A DNA stretch of 28,544 nucleotides. It comes from Chlamydiia bacterium (GTDB lineage Bacteria > Chlamydiota > Chlamydiia > Chlamydiales > 2-12-FULL-49-11). This document shows positions 7,041 to 15,762 of the stretch, one piece after another; position 1 is the first letter of the stretch; each line of letters starts with the position of its first letter. The translations under genes were made by a program, and so were the position numbers. The DNA is taken from the NCBI GenBank assembly GCA_044359535.1, contig JBIKLZ010000012.1:1-28544 (forward strand), written 5' to 3'. Below the pieces are notes generated by a model. It saw only the letters and a program-made list of their open reading frames with translations, did no database searches and had not been told where the DNA came from.

Positions 7041-8315
7041 ATGAAAATACCTTTAAAAAAAATGGCAAGAATTTTTGGTCTACACACTGAAAGTTCTTTA
7101 GATGTGGATTCTTTTGCTTTTGACTCTCGCACTGTTCAAAAAGGGGGCGTTTTTTTTGCCCTAAAAGGGAAACATTATGATGGACATGATTTTTTAGAAT
7201 CCGTAGCTCAAAAAGGGGGGTATGCTGCTGTTGTCGATAAAACCTATCTTGGACCTGGATTTGGATTAGAGCTTTTTTTTGTTCAAGATGTCCTTGAAGC
7301 TTTGCAAACTCTAGCTTCGGCTATGCTTAGAGAAAAGGGGATGAAAGTGATTGCTGTCACTGGATCGGTGGGAAAAACAACGACAAAAGAGATGATTTAT
7401 GCCCTTATTTCAATGAAATTTAAAGTCCATGCGACCAAGGGAAATTCAAATACAAAAATCACCCTTCCAATCACTATTTTAGAGGCAAAAGGGGATGAGG
7501 AATTTTTGCTCCTTGAAATGGGAATGACAGAAAAAGGGCAGATTAAGGCTTTAACGGCCATTGCCCCACCCTATATAGCAGTCCTTACACAAATTACCTA
7601 TTGTCATAGTGAAAATTTTCCCTCAATAGAGGCAATAGCTGAGGCAAAAGGAGAAATTTTTTTGCCAGAAACCACATTTGGGGTCATTCATCATCAGTCA
7701 GCCCGTTTTGATGGGGTCTATAGGCAATGTTTTTGCAAAAATGTCCTATACCCAAGAGCTATCCCTGTAGTCTCCCCTTATAAAGAGACCCATTTTTCAG
7801 AAAATTTTTGTGCTGCTTATGAGGTGGCCACCTTTTTAGGGATGACAGATAGCCAAATTCAACTTGCAAGTCTAACTTTAGTTGGAAAGGCTGTCCCTCA
7901 TCGATTTCAAAAAATTGTCCGTGATGGGGTATTATTCATAGACGATAGCTATAATGCTAGCGCCCTTTCAACAGTTGCAGCATTAGATAACCTCCCATCC
8001 CCTGATAAGGGAGGGAGGAAAATCCTTGTTTTTGGAGAGATGAAAGAGCTGGGGGATGCAACCCTTTCATCCCATCAAATCGTTGCAGATAAAGCGCTTG
8101 ACTCTGTAGACATTGTTTTTTGCATAGGAAGGGGTGCAAAAGTTATTTTTGACCGTTTTGTTCAAAAGGGTAAGGAAGGGCACTATTTTTATGATTATAG
8201 GACCCTTAAGGAGGCTATATATAAAAAAGTGAAAAAAGGGGATGTGGTCCTTCTAAAAGGGGCAAATTCTCATAAATTATGGAAATTATTAGAAAATAGC
8301 CCTGTTTTATACTAA
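7041..8315 (+). CDS. murF: UDP-MurNAc-tripeptide--D-Ala-D-Ala ligase
   Basis: DSR...FFALKG..YDGHDF, P-loop TGSVGKTTTKE, LEMG, H..NF......AKGEI, IDDSYNA, GEMKELG and VLLKG. Confidence 0.93.
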   Translation: MKIPLKKMARIFGLHTESSLDVDSFAFDSRTVQKGGVFFALKGKHYDGHDFLESVAQKGGYAAVVDKTYLGPGFGLELFFVQDVLEALQTLASAMLREKGMKVIAVTGSVGKTTTKEMIYALISMKFKVHATKGNSNTKITLPITILEAKGDEEFLLLEMGMTEKGQIKALTAIAPPYIAVLTQITYCHSENFPSIEAIAEAKGEIFLPETTFGVIHHQSARFDGVYRQCFCKNVLYPRAIPVVSPYKETHFSENFCAAYEVATFLGMTDSQIQLASLTLVGKAVPHRFQKIVRDGVLFIDDSYNASALSTVAALDNLPSPDKGGRKILVFGEMKELGDATLSSHQIVADKALDSVDIVFCIGRGAKVIFDRFVQKGKEGHYFYDYRTLKEAIYKKVKKGDVVLLKGANSHKLWKLLENSPVLY

Positions 8316-8320
8316 ATCAA

Positions 8321-8349
8321 TGGATAATTAATTATTATTTTGATATAAT
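8321..8349 (+). promoter_or_regulatory. Putative promoter of the Inc-like gene
   Basis: TGGATA (8321-8326), 17 bp, TATAAT (8344-8349), with TG at the extended -10 position. Confidence 0.5.
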
Positions 8350-8372
8350 TAAAAGAAAATAGAGTCGATGTT

Positions 8373-8846
8373 ATGGATACAATCAAAGGTGCTATTCAAA
8401 AATTCATCGATCTATTTCCAAAAAAAGGGGAAAATAAACCCCCTCAACCTATTGTTGAAGACAATCGTAATCGCCAAGACAAGCTTCGTTCAGATATCGT
8501 CATATTAAAAGCTCAGCTTCCTTTAGAAAAGGATAATGAGAACTTAAATGGGGGGACTTCCTTTTTGGTTTTTGGAGCCCTTATTTCTGTCATTGTAACC
8601 CTTGTTGCAATCTGTCTTCTTTGTGTTCCTTTAATGATTGTGGGAACGATCCTGTTTGGAGCCTTTTTAGGAGGGATCATTTTTACTGTGGTAAAATATG
8701 GAGCAAATGATAAAAAAATAGGAGAATTGACAAATCAACTCTCCCTTACTAAAGAGAAAGTCCAAAACATTAAAGGGATGGATAGGGTATCACAAGTGGC
8801 TAAAATATTAGAGCAACTTAAAAATCAAACTGCAGAAAGGCAATGA
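8373..8846 (+). CDS. Putative inclusion-membrane (Inc-like) protein
   Basis: About 45 uninterrupted hydrophobic residues with a central Pro (FLVFGALISVIVTLVAICLLCVPLMIVGTILFGAFLGGIIFTVV), flanked by hydrophilic coiled-coil-like regions; no signal peptide. This is the bilobed Inc architecture. Confidence 0.6.
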   Translation: MDTIKGAIQKFIDLFPKKGENKPPQPIVEDNRNRQDKLRSDIVILKAQLPLEKDNENLNGGTSFLVFGALISVIVTLVAICLLCVPLMIVGTILFGAFLGGIIFTVVKYGANDKKIGELTNQLSLTKEKVQNIKGMDRVSQVAKILEQLKNQTAERQ

Positions 8847-8909
8847 TTTTTTAAAAGATGTTTTAAAAATGGATGTCAAAAATTAAGACAATAGGGTATA
8901 AAATGGGGT

Positions 8910-9347
8910 ATGATTTTACCCCAAACAAGCACTGAAGAAAAAGACCCATCAAATCAACTGTGTCAAACTCCAACACAAGCCTTTGAGCGATGGATTTTTG
9001 AGGTAGAACGGGGTCAAAAAGATCCGTCAGAGATTGTTAATTTATACAGCAGTGAGGCGATCTTACTCCCTACCTTATCCCCAATTATGTCTTGCCATCC
9101 TGAAATGATAAGAGATTATTTTATTTTTCTTTCAACGTTTACTGAATTGAAGGTGAGGGTAAAGACACTTGTTACAAAAACCTATGGAAATATAGCAATG
9201 GCGACAGGTTTTTACACATTTGCTTTTTTTAAAGAGGGTCAATATGAAACTGTTGAGGCAAGATTTGACTTTTGGTACCGCTTGGAAGGAAACGTTTGGA
9301 AAATTATTTTTCATCATTCCTCTAAAGTTCCCGGTCAAAATTCATAA
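8910..9347 (+). CDS. NTF2-like SgcJ/EcaC/DUF4440 (CaMKII-association-domain-like) protein, probable iota-class carbonic anhydrase
   Basis: LY..EAILLPTLS, IRDYF, G.YTF, VEARF.F.Y and C-terminal WKIIFHHSSKVP (HHSS motif). Confidence 0.72.
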   Translation: MILPQTSTEEKDPSNQLCQTPTQAFERWIFEVERGQKDPSEIVNLYSSEAILLPTLSPIMSCHPEMIRDYFIFLSTFTELKVRVKTLVTKTYGNIAMATGFYTFAFFKEGQYETVEARFDFWYRLEGNVWKIIFHHSSKVPGQNS

Positions 9348-9361
9348 GGGTTGAATAGGGG

Positions 9362-9390
9362 TTGAAACTATTGCCTGTATAGAATATTCT
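9362..9390 (+). promoter_or_regulatory. Putative promoter of the mraY operon (leaderless geometry)
   Basis: TTGAAA (9362-9367), 17 bp, TATTCT (9385-9390), 6 nt, ATG 9397; no SD. Confidence 0.6.
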
Positions 9391-9396
9391 TAAGCT

Positions 9397-10560
9397 ATGC
9401 TTTATCTTTTTTTACACTGGCTTGAAAGCTATAATATATCTATCCCTCATGTTTTTTATTACACTACTTTTAGGATGTTATTTTCTGCGATCACCAGCTT
9501 TTTATTCACATTAGCTGTTGGAAAAGTATTTATTACAAAACTTGTTTCATTAAAGGTGGGTCATAAAGTGCGTGTTGCAGATGTGGCCGTTCTTGCTGGA
9601 AATTATGATAAGGAAAAGGACATTCCTTCGATGGGAGGGCTTTTATTTATCACCTCTATGCTCTTATCTCAGCTTTTATGGATGGATATAGGCAGTCCAT
9701 TTACCTTTTTGTTTTCTTTTTCTCTCCTTTCTATGGGATGTATAGGGTTTATTGACGATTATTGTAAAATGAAAGGGATTGGGATTTCAGCCCGTCTTAA
9801 GTTTTCTCTTCAGGGCTCATCAATGCTTTTAATAGCGATCTATCTTCACAGTGAGGGAGTTTTTAGCGCAATCAATCAAGTCATCCACTTCACCCAACAA
9901 GGGATTAAAATAGGAGAGGTTGCCGGCCCTTTTCCTTTATCAATGAAATACCTTTTTATCCCCTTTTTTAAACACCCTATCGTTTTTAGTTCTTCATTGT
10001 TTCTCCTCCCTTTTTCTCTTTTTGTTTTAATTGGGTCCTCTAATGCAGTGAATTTAACCGATGGACTCGATGGTTTAGCTACTGGGTGCATGCTTTTAGT
10101 AGCTGCCGTTTTTGCCATCATTGCATTTGTTTCTAACCACTACATCGTAGCAGACTATTTAAATATCCTTTATATTGAGGGGGCTGGACAAATTGCCATT
10201 TTCTTATCTTCAATGATAGGGGCCCTTTTAGGATTTCTCTGGTTTAATAGTTACCCAGCGCAACTGTTTATGGGGGATACTGGATCCCTTGCTTTAGGCG
10301 GTTCGATGGCTTTAGCAGCAATCCTTTTAAGGAGAGAATGTTTGTTTGCAATAGTGGGGGGGATTTTTGTATTAGAGACTTTATCGGTCATCTTGCAGGT
10401 TTTTTGGGTGAGATGCTTTAAAAAAAGGCTCTTTTTATGTTCTCCGATTCATCACCATTTTCAAATTAAAGGGTGGCATGAAAGTAAGATTGTGATACGG
10501 TTTTGGATGATAGGATTAATTTTAGCTTTAATTGGACTTTTGTCCTTAAAAATTCAGTGA
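9397..10560 (+). CDS. mraY: Phospho-N-acetylmuramoyl-pentapeptide transferase
   Basis: PSMGG, GFIDDY, SNAVNLTDGLDGLA, LFMGDTGSLALG, ETLSVILQV and PIHHHF. Confidence 0.97.
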   Translation: MLYLFLHWLESYNISIPHVFYYTTFRMLFSAITSFLFTLAVGKVFITKLVSLKVGHKVRVADVAVLAGNYDKEKDIPSMGGLLFITSMLLSQLLWMDIGSPFTFLFSFSLLSMGCIGFIDDYCKMKGIGISARLKFSLQGSSMLLIAIYLHSEGVFSAINQVIHFTQQGIKIGEVAGPFPLSMKYLFIPFFKHPIVFSSSLFLLPFSLFVLIGSSNAVNLTDGLDGLATGCMLLVAAVFAIIAFVSNHYIVADYLNILYIEGAGQIAIFLSSMIGALLGFLWFNSYPAQLFMGDTGSLALGGSMALAAILLRRECLFAIVGGIFVLETLSVILQVFWVRCFKKRLFLCSPIHHHFQIKGWHESKIVIRFWMIGLILALIGLLSLKIQ

Positions 10561-10561
10561 A

Positions 10562-11650
10562 ATGATGGAACATGTTTTAATAATTGGAAAGGGGATAAGT
10601 GGCCAATCGGCAGCAAAACTATTAAAGGAAAAAGGGTTTGCTATTTTCATGATGAATACAGATGAAACCCTCCCCCCAATTAAGTTTAGTTTTGCAGTGA
10701 TTTCTCCAGGAGTGAGTATCCGCCTCCCTTTTGTTCAAAAGTTACAAGAGACAATGGAGGTGATTGCTGAAGTTGAACTTGCCTTTAGATATGCTCAATG
10801 TAAAATGATGGGTGTCACTGGAACAAATGGAAAAAGTTCTTTAGTCACTTACTTAGGGCATATGTTTGATGCCCCCATATGTGGAAATATTGGGATTCCT
10901 GCTTCAGAAGTTCTCCCAACTCTTAAAAAAGATCAGTGGGCAATTGTGGAGTTAAGTTCTTTTCAACTTCAGTTAATGAAGAGTAAAAAGTTAGATTGTG
11001 CTTTACTTTTAAAAGTGACCGATAACCACTTAGATGTTCATTTGAATTTCGAGGAGTACTATCAAGCAAAACTCAATATTAAACATCTGCTAAAAGAAGG
11101 GGGGCTATTTATTTTTGAAAGAGAGGGGCATTTTTCCCCGATGAAACATTTTAATGGCAGTGTCGCTGAGATGATACGAAAGGTTCATGAAACTTTTGGG
11201 GGAAATCTTGAAAAGGCAGATCAAGAGTTTCTCTCTTTACCCCACAGACTTGAATTTGTCTGTGAAAAAAACGGGGTTACCATTGTCGATGATAGTAAAT
11301 CGACAAATCCAGCATCGACAGCTTATGCAGTAGAAAACACTAAAGGCCCCATTGTGTTAATTGCAGGTGGAACGATTAAAAATAGTAACTTCTCTGTGTG
11401 GAAAAACCCTTTTCAAGGAAAAGTAAAAGCTGTTATTGCTTATGGGGATTCAGCAGAAAGTATTAAAAAAGGATTGCAGAGCAATGTAGTTGTCTATACA
11501 GTGCATAAAATGGAAGAGGCTGTTTCGGTGGGGCTTTCTTTAGCAAGCCATGGGGATACTTTATTATTATCCCCTGGATGTTCAAGCTTTGATCAGTTTT
11601 CAGGGTATGCTCATCGAGGAGATGTATTTAAAAGGGAAGTGTTAGGATGA
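10562..11650 (+). CDS. murD: UDP-MurNAc-L-Ala--D-glutamate ligase (compact)
   Basis: GKGISG, SPG, GVTGTNGKSS, GNIG, ELSSFQL, NHLD, LPHRLE, DDSKSTN and LLSPGCSSFDQF...HRG. Confidence 0.93.
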   Translation: MMEHVLIIGKGISGQSAAKLLKEKGFAIFMMNTDETLPPIKFSFAVISPGVSIRLPFVQKLQETMEVIAEVELAFRYAQCKMMGVTGTNGKSSLVTYLGHMFDAPICGNIGIPASEVLPTLKKDQWAIVELSSFQLQLMKSKKLDCALLLKVTDNHLDVHLNFEEYYQAKLNIKHLLKEGGLFIFEREGHFSPMKHFNGSVAEMIRKVHETFGGNLEKADQEFLSLPHRLEFVCEKNGVTIVDDSKSTNPASTAYAVENTKGPIVLIAGGTIKNSNFSVWKNPFQGKVKAVIAYGDSAESIKKGLQSNVVVYTVHKMEEAVSVGLSLASHGDTLLLSPGCSSFDQFSGYAHRGDVFKREVLG

Positions 11651-12297
11651 ACAGAAAAGAAATTATTGTGTTTTCAGTATTTATCAATACGGGCTTGCTG
11701 ATAGCCCTTTTTATTTTTGCTTTAAGGCCCACGTTAAAAGGTGAGATGCATTTAGATTCTCATGAAGTGGTCATTGTAGATGCAAAAGAAAGTTCCCCCC
11801 AAAAAAGTTCTGAGCTCGACCAAGTTGATCAAATTTTAAAAGAGTATATCACAAAAGCTGAACACCCCCTTAAGGAAGAAAAAGAAGAACCTTTAGTAGT
11901 GGATGAAGTAGAGCAGATAGACCCTTATTTACCTCAAGAAGGGGAGACAATTGAGGTGATTGTTAAGGGGGGAGATGTCCTTGAAAAAATTGCTAAACGA
12001 CACCACACAACGGTTGAAGAGATCCTTTTTTTAAATAAGATGAAGGGGACAAAATTACGTATCGGTCAAATATTACTCGTTAAAGAAAATACCCGAAAAA
12101 AAGTGCAGGCAGTAAAACCTATAGCCACACCAAAAAAAGAGGTTGAACAAAAGTATTACACTGTAAAAACTGGGGATAGTCCATGGACCATTGCTATTAA
12201 AAATCATATAAAGGTATCAGAACTTTTAGAATTAAATGATTTAAACGAAGCAAGGGCTAAGAAAATTAAACCTGGAGATAGACTTAGAATTCGATAA
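11647..12297 (+). CDS. nlpD: Membrane-anchored LysM peptidoglycan-binding protein (chlamydial NlpD-like)
   Basis: N-terminal TM plus two LysM repeats (VKGGDVLEKIAKRH...LRIGQIL; YTVKTGDSPWTIA...IKPGDRLRI). Lies between murD and ftsW as in Chlamydiae. Confidence 0.85.
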   Translation: MNRKEIIVFSVFINTGLLIALFIFALRPTLKGEMHLDSHEVVIVDAKESSPQKSSELDQVDQILKEYITKAEHPLKEEKEEPLVVDEVEQIDPYLPQEGETIEVIVKGGDVLEKIAKRHHTTVEEILFLNKMKGTKLRIGQILLVKENTRKKVQAVKPIATPKKEVEQKYYTVKTGDSPWTIAIKNHIKVSELLELNDLNEARAKKIKPGDRLRIR

Positions 12298-12300
12298 ATA

Positions 12301-13410
12301 ATGAAAACAGGTTCTTTTCTCATTTTAGCAGTAGTTGCCCTCATTTGCCTTGGGTTGCTTATGGTGTTTAATACAACCTCTGCAGAAATTATCGATACAG
12401 GGGCAGTAACCTTTATCCCCTTTCTTAAGCAAACAATGTACATCCTTTTTGCAATAGCCATTGGAACTTTAGCCTACTATAAAGGGTATGAATTTTTTTT
12501 ATCCAAAGGAAGAGAGATCTATCTTCTCCTCATTGCTTTACTCATAGCTGTCTTTCTTCCAAAAATTGGATCGTGCATTAATGGTTCCTCTCGATGGGTT
12601 CATCTTTTTGGCATTTCTGTACAACCTTCAGAATTCATGAAAGTAGGGTTCCCAATTTTTTATCTCTATTTGCTAAAAAAAGTTGACAATAAGGTTCTAT
12701 TTAGACGCTTTTGTTTGTGGCTTCCCTTTTTAGTTCTCCCTATTTGTTTAATTATTATGGAGCCAGACAACGGAACAGCATTTATTTTGATTGTAACCAT
12801 GATTGTTCTTTTTTTTATCACACATATTAAACTTCGTTATTGGGCCATTCCTACAGCATTTTTTTTAGTGGTGATGTTATCTACTGCTTTAAGCATGCCC
12901 CATGTAACAGCTCGAATCACCTCTTATTTAAATCCAGAAAGTGATATTCTGGGAAAAGGACATCAAGCTTATCAAGCAAAAATTGCTGCTGGGTGTGGAT
13001 CTTTTTTTGGTAAGGGGTTAGGGAAAAGTATGCAAAAATATCATTACCTTCCAGAAGCAAGAAGTGATTATATTGCTGCAATTTATGCAGAAGAATTTGG
13101 CTTTTTTGGGATGGTTCTTTTAATTTCTCTCTATACAGCTGTTGCAGCCATAAGTTCTTATATTGCCTTTTCGACAAAAGATCTTTATGGCCATTTTTTA
13201 GTGATGACTTATACATTTATTATTTCTTTTGGAGCCTTCTTGAACTTAGGGGTTGTTTCCGGCCTTTTACCGAGTAAAGGGACAAATTTACCCTTTTTTA
13301 GCTTGGGAGGATCCTCATTCTTATCGAATTTATTAATGATTGCCATTATTATGAGTGTTCATAAAAAAACCTCTATTGAGGGGAAAAAATTTCTAGGGGG
13401 TAATTGGTGA
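12301..13410 (+). CDS. ftsW: SEDS peptidoglycan glycosyltransferase FtsW
   Basis: INGSSRW, VQPSEFMK, EPDNGT, GKGLGKS.QK..YLPEARSDYI....AEEFG and LLPSKGTNLPFFSLGGSS. Confidence 0.95.
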   Translation: MKTGSFLILAVVALICLGLLMVFNTTSAEIIDTGAVTFIPFLKQTMYILFAIAIGTLAYYKGYEFFLSKGREIYLLLIALLIAVFLPKIGSCINGSSRWVHLFGISVQPSEFMKVGFPIFYLYLLKKVDNKVLFRRFCLWLPFLVLPICLIIMEPDNGTAFILIVTMIVLFFITHIKLRYWAIPTAFFLVVMLSTALSMPHVTARITSYLNPESDILGKGHQAYQAKIAAGCGSFFGKGLGKSMQKYHYLPEARSDYIAAIYAEEFGFFGMVLLISLYTAVAAISSYIAFSTKDLYGHFLVMTYTFIISFGAFLNLGVVSGLLPSKGTNLPFFSLGGSSFLSNLLMIAIIMSVHKKTSIEGKKFLGGNW

Positions 13411-14474
13411 GAGAGTCTATCCAAGGGGAGGAGGTCATTGCGTTTGCTGTTGGTGGGACAGGGGGACATGTTCTTCCTGCACTGCAGATTGCTCGAAAGC
13501 TTCCAGGTCAAGGCAAGCGTATTTTAATAGGGGTGGGCATTTGTGAAAATCCCTTTGTATCGAAAAATGAATTCAAGCTTTTCAATGTCCTTGGAAAAAA
13601 TTTTTCTGGAGGCCTGTTTTCTGGAGCACTTCACATTTTTAAAGGGGCTAAACAAGCGATAAAAATTCTAAAAAAAGAGGAAGTGACACATGTGATCGGA
13701 ATGGGAGGGTTTCACAGCCTGCCGGTTTTAATGGCTGCTGTCTTCTTAAGGATTCCAATTACTTTATATGAACCTAACCTTATTCCAGGAAAGGTCAATA
13801 GATTTTTTTCATTTTTTTCAAAAAGAACCCTTATTTTATTTAACGAAGTTTCTCACCATCTGTATGGACAGGTAAAGCTTTTGCATTTATCTCAAAACCC
13901 TCAAGATCTAAAGCAGATCCCTTCAAAACATCTTTTGCGTAGAGAATTTGGTTTAGACGAAGATGTGACAACGCTCCTTATATTTGGTGGGTCTAAAGGG
14001 GCCGCATCGATTAATACCCTCCTTAACGATATTTTATCCTCTCTTGAAACAAAGATTCAGGTGATTCATTTAACAGGCCTTCATGAGGGGGTAAAAGAAG
14101 TCTATGAAAAAGCAGGGGTAAAAGCGTTTGTCACCTCCTTTTTTAAAGAAATGGATAGGGCTTGGCAAGCTGCAGATGTTGCTATTTGTAGAGCAGGGGC
14201 AGGAACTATTAAAGAAGCTTTGGTATCAAAAACTCCTACCTTATTAATTCCTTATCCACATGCAGTGAATAATCACCAGGAGTTTAATGCAATATTTATG
14301 CAAAATGTGGTAGGTGCTGGAAAGATCTTGTTAGAAAAACAGATCAGCAAAGAAAAGGTAAAAGCTCTAATTGAAGAGCTTCTTTGTATCGAGAGTAGAA
14401 AAAAAATGGAAGAAAATATTGGTAGGTACTTATCGAATCGAAAAGGGGATTATATCGATGAAATGCTCTTGTGA
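13407..14474 (+). CDS. murG: Lipid II synthase (GlcNAc transferase)
   Basis: GGTGGH, GGFHS, EPN..PG..N, FGGSKGA, CRAGAGT, LIPYP and HQEFNA. GTG 13407 overlaps the ftsW stop (TTG 13404 is an alternative start). Confidence 0.94.
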   Translation: MRESIQGEEVIAFAVGGTGGHVLPALQIARKLPGQGKRILIGVGICENPFVSKNEFKLFNVLGKNFSGGLFSGALHIFKGAKQAIKILKKEEVTHVIGMGGFHSLPVLMAAVFLRIPITLYEPNLIPGKVNRFFSFFSKRTLILFNEVSHHLYGQVKLLHLSQNPQDLKQIPSKHLLRREFGLDEDVTTLLIFGGSKGAASINTLLNDILSSLETKIQVIHLTGLHEGVKEVYEKAGVKAFVTSFFKEMDRAWQAADVAICRAGAGTIKEALVSKTPTLLIPYPHAVNNHQEFNAIFMQNVVGAGKILLEKQISKEKVKALIEELLCIESRKKMEENIGRYLSNRKGDYIDEMLL

Positions 14475-15762
14475 AGAAGTGAGGGAAAAGGATCTTGAAA
14501 ACGGTGTTCATTTATCTGGAATTGGTGGAGTGGGGATGAGTGCCCTTGCTGAGATGTTACTGGATTTAGGGGTAGAAGTTTCAGGAAGTGATGTGACCCT
14601 ATCGAAAAATATTGATCGATTGAAAAAAAGGGGGGTAAAGATCTATTCCACACATGAAGGGGATGTGGTTGGAAATAAATTAGTGTGTAGAACTAGAGCT
14701 GTAAAAGATGATAATCAAGAGGTCTTAGCCGCTAAAAAAGCGATTTTTAGAAGTGACCTTCTTGCCTTTTTAGCACAAGGAAAAAAGCAGCTTGTTGTTG
14801 CAGGTGCTCATGGAAAGACAACAACTTCAGCCCTTTTAGCTCACTGCATGGTGGAATGTGGCCTTAATCCTTCTTTTGCAGTAGGGGGATTGTCCTCGAA
14901 TTTGGATCGTTATGGGAGAATTTCTGATGGAGAATTTTTTGTCCTTGAGGGGGATGAAAGTGATGGTTCACATCTAAAAACCGATCCTTTTGGAGCCATT
15001 TTAACAAGTTGTGATGTCGATCATTTGGCTTTTTGGAAAGAAGGGAAACGTCTTCAACAATCGTATAAGGAATTTGCTTCAAAGGTTGTATCTTCAGATC
15101 ATTTTTTCTACTATGGAGAAGACCCTTATTTAAAAACATGTACCATTAAAGGAAACAGTTATGGTTTAGAGGGTCAATATGACTTTGCTGCAAATAACAT
15201 TTGTCTGAAAGAAAATTCTAGTGCCTTTACTATTTTTGGAAATAAGGTATTTCTTCCCATGTTTGGAGAGTACAATATAAAAAATTGTGTCGCTGTTTTT
15301 GCCCTTCTTAATTCTTTAAAAGTCCCTTCTGAAGCAATTATTCACGCGATTAAAACATTTTCAGGGGTCGATCGAAGGATGCAATATTTAGGAAAAAATA
15401 TTTACTCAGATTACGCTCACCATCCAGAAGAGGTAAAAGCAGTTTTAGAGAGTCTAAAAAAAGGAAAAATGGAGGTGGCTATTGTCTTTGAGCCCCATAG
15501 AATCAGTCGATTTGAAGATGAAATGGAGCATTTTTGTAATGTATTTAACCATATTGTCATTACAGATGTCTTTGAAGCAAGTGAAGACACAGGAAAAGAT
15601 CCCATCCCTCTTATAAATACTTTTTGCAAAAAAACTGGATCGACTTACATTCCCCTTGAAAAAATTAAAAGCTATTTAAAAATTGAAAAGAGAAACATTT
15701 TAGCATTGACAGCAGGGGCTTTGGATAAAACACTTCGTGAATTTGTGGAAGAAGAAAAGTGA
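14458..15762 (+). CDS. murC: UDP-MurNAc--L-alanine ligase, stand-alone (no Ddl domain)
   Basis: GIGGVGMS, VSGSD, GAHGKTTT, EGDESDG, DHL, GVDRR, DYAHHP and FEPHR. Start set at ATG 14458 (AAAGGGGA SD), giving 434 aa. Confidence 0.93.
   Translation: MKCSCEEVREKDLENGVHLSGIGGVGMSALAEMLLDLGVEVSGSDVTLSKNIDRLKKRGVKIYSTHEGDVVGNKLVCRTRAVKDDNQEVLAAKKAIFRSDLLAFLAQGKKQLVVAGAHGKTTTSALLAHCMVECGLNPSFAVGGLSSNLDRYGRISDGEFFVLEGDESDGSHLKTDPFGAILTSCDVDHLAFWKEGKRLQQSYKEFASKVVSSDHFFYYGEDPYLKTCTIKGNSYGLEGQYDFAANNICLKENSSAFTIFGNKVFLPMFGEYNIKNCVAVFALLNSLKVPSEAIIHAIKTFSGVDRRMQYLGKNIYSDYAHHPEEVKAVLESLKKGKMEVAIVFEPHRISRFEDEMEHFCNVFNHIVITDVFEASEDTGKDPIPLINTFCKKTGSTYIPLEKIKSYLKIEKRNILALTAGALDKTLREFVEEEK

Noticed and set aside
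8316-8344. Palindrome ATAATTAATTAT (8324-8335) over the Inc-like promoter as an operator
   Set aside because: A/T-only palindromes arise easily in AT-rich spacers, and I found no second copy.
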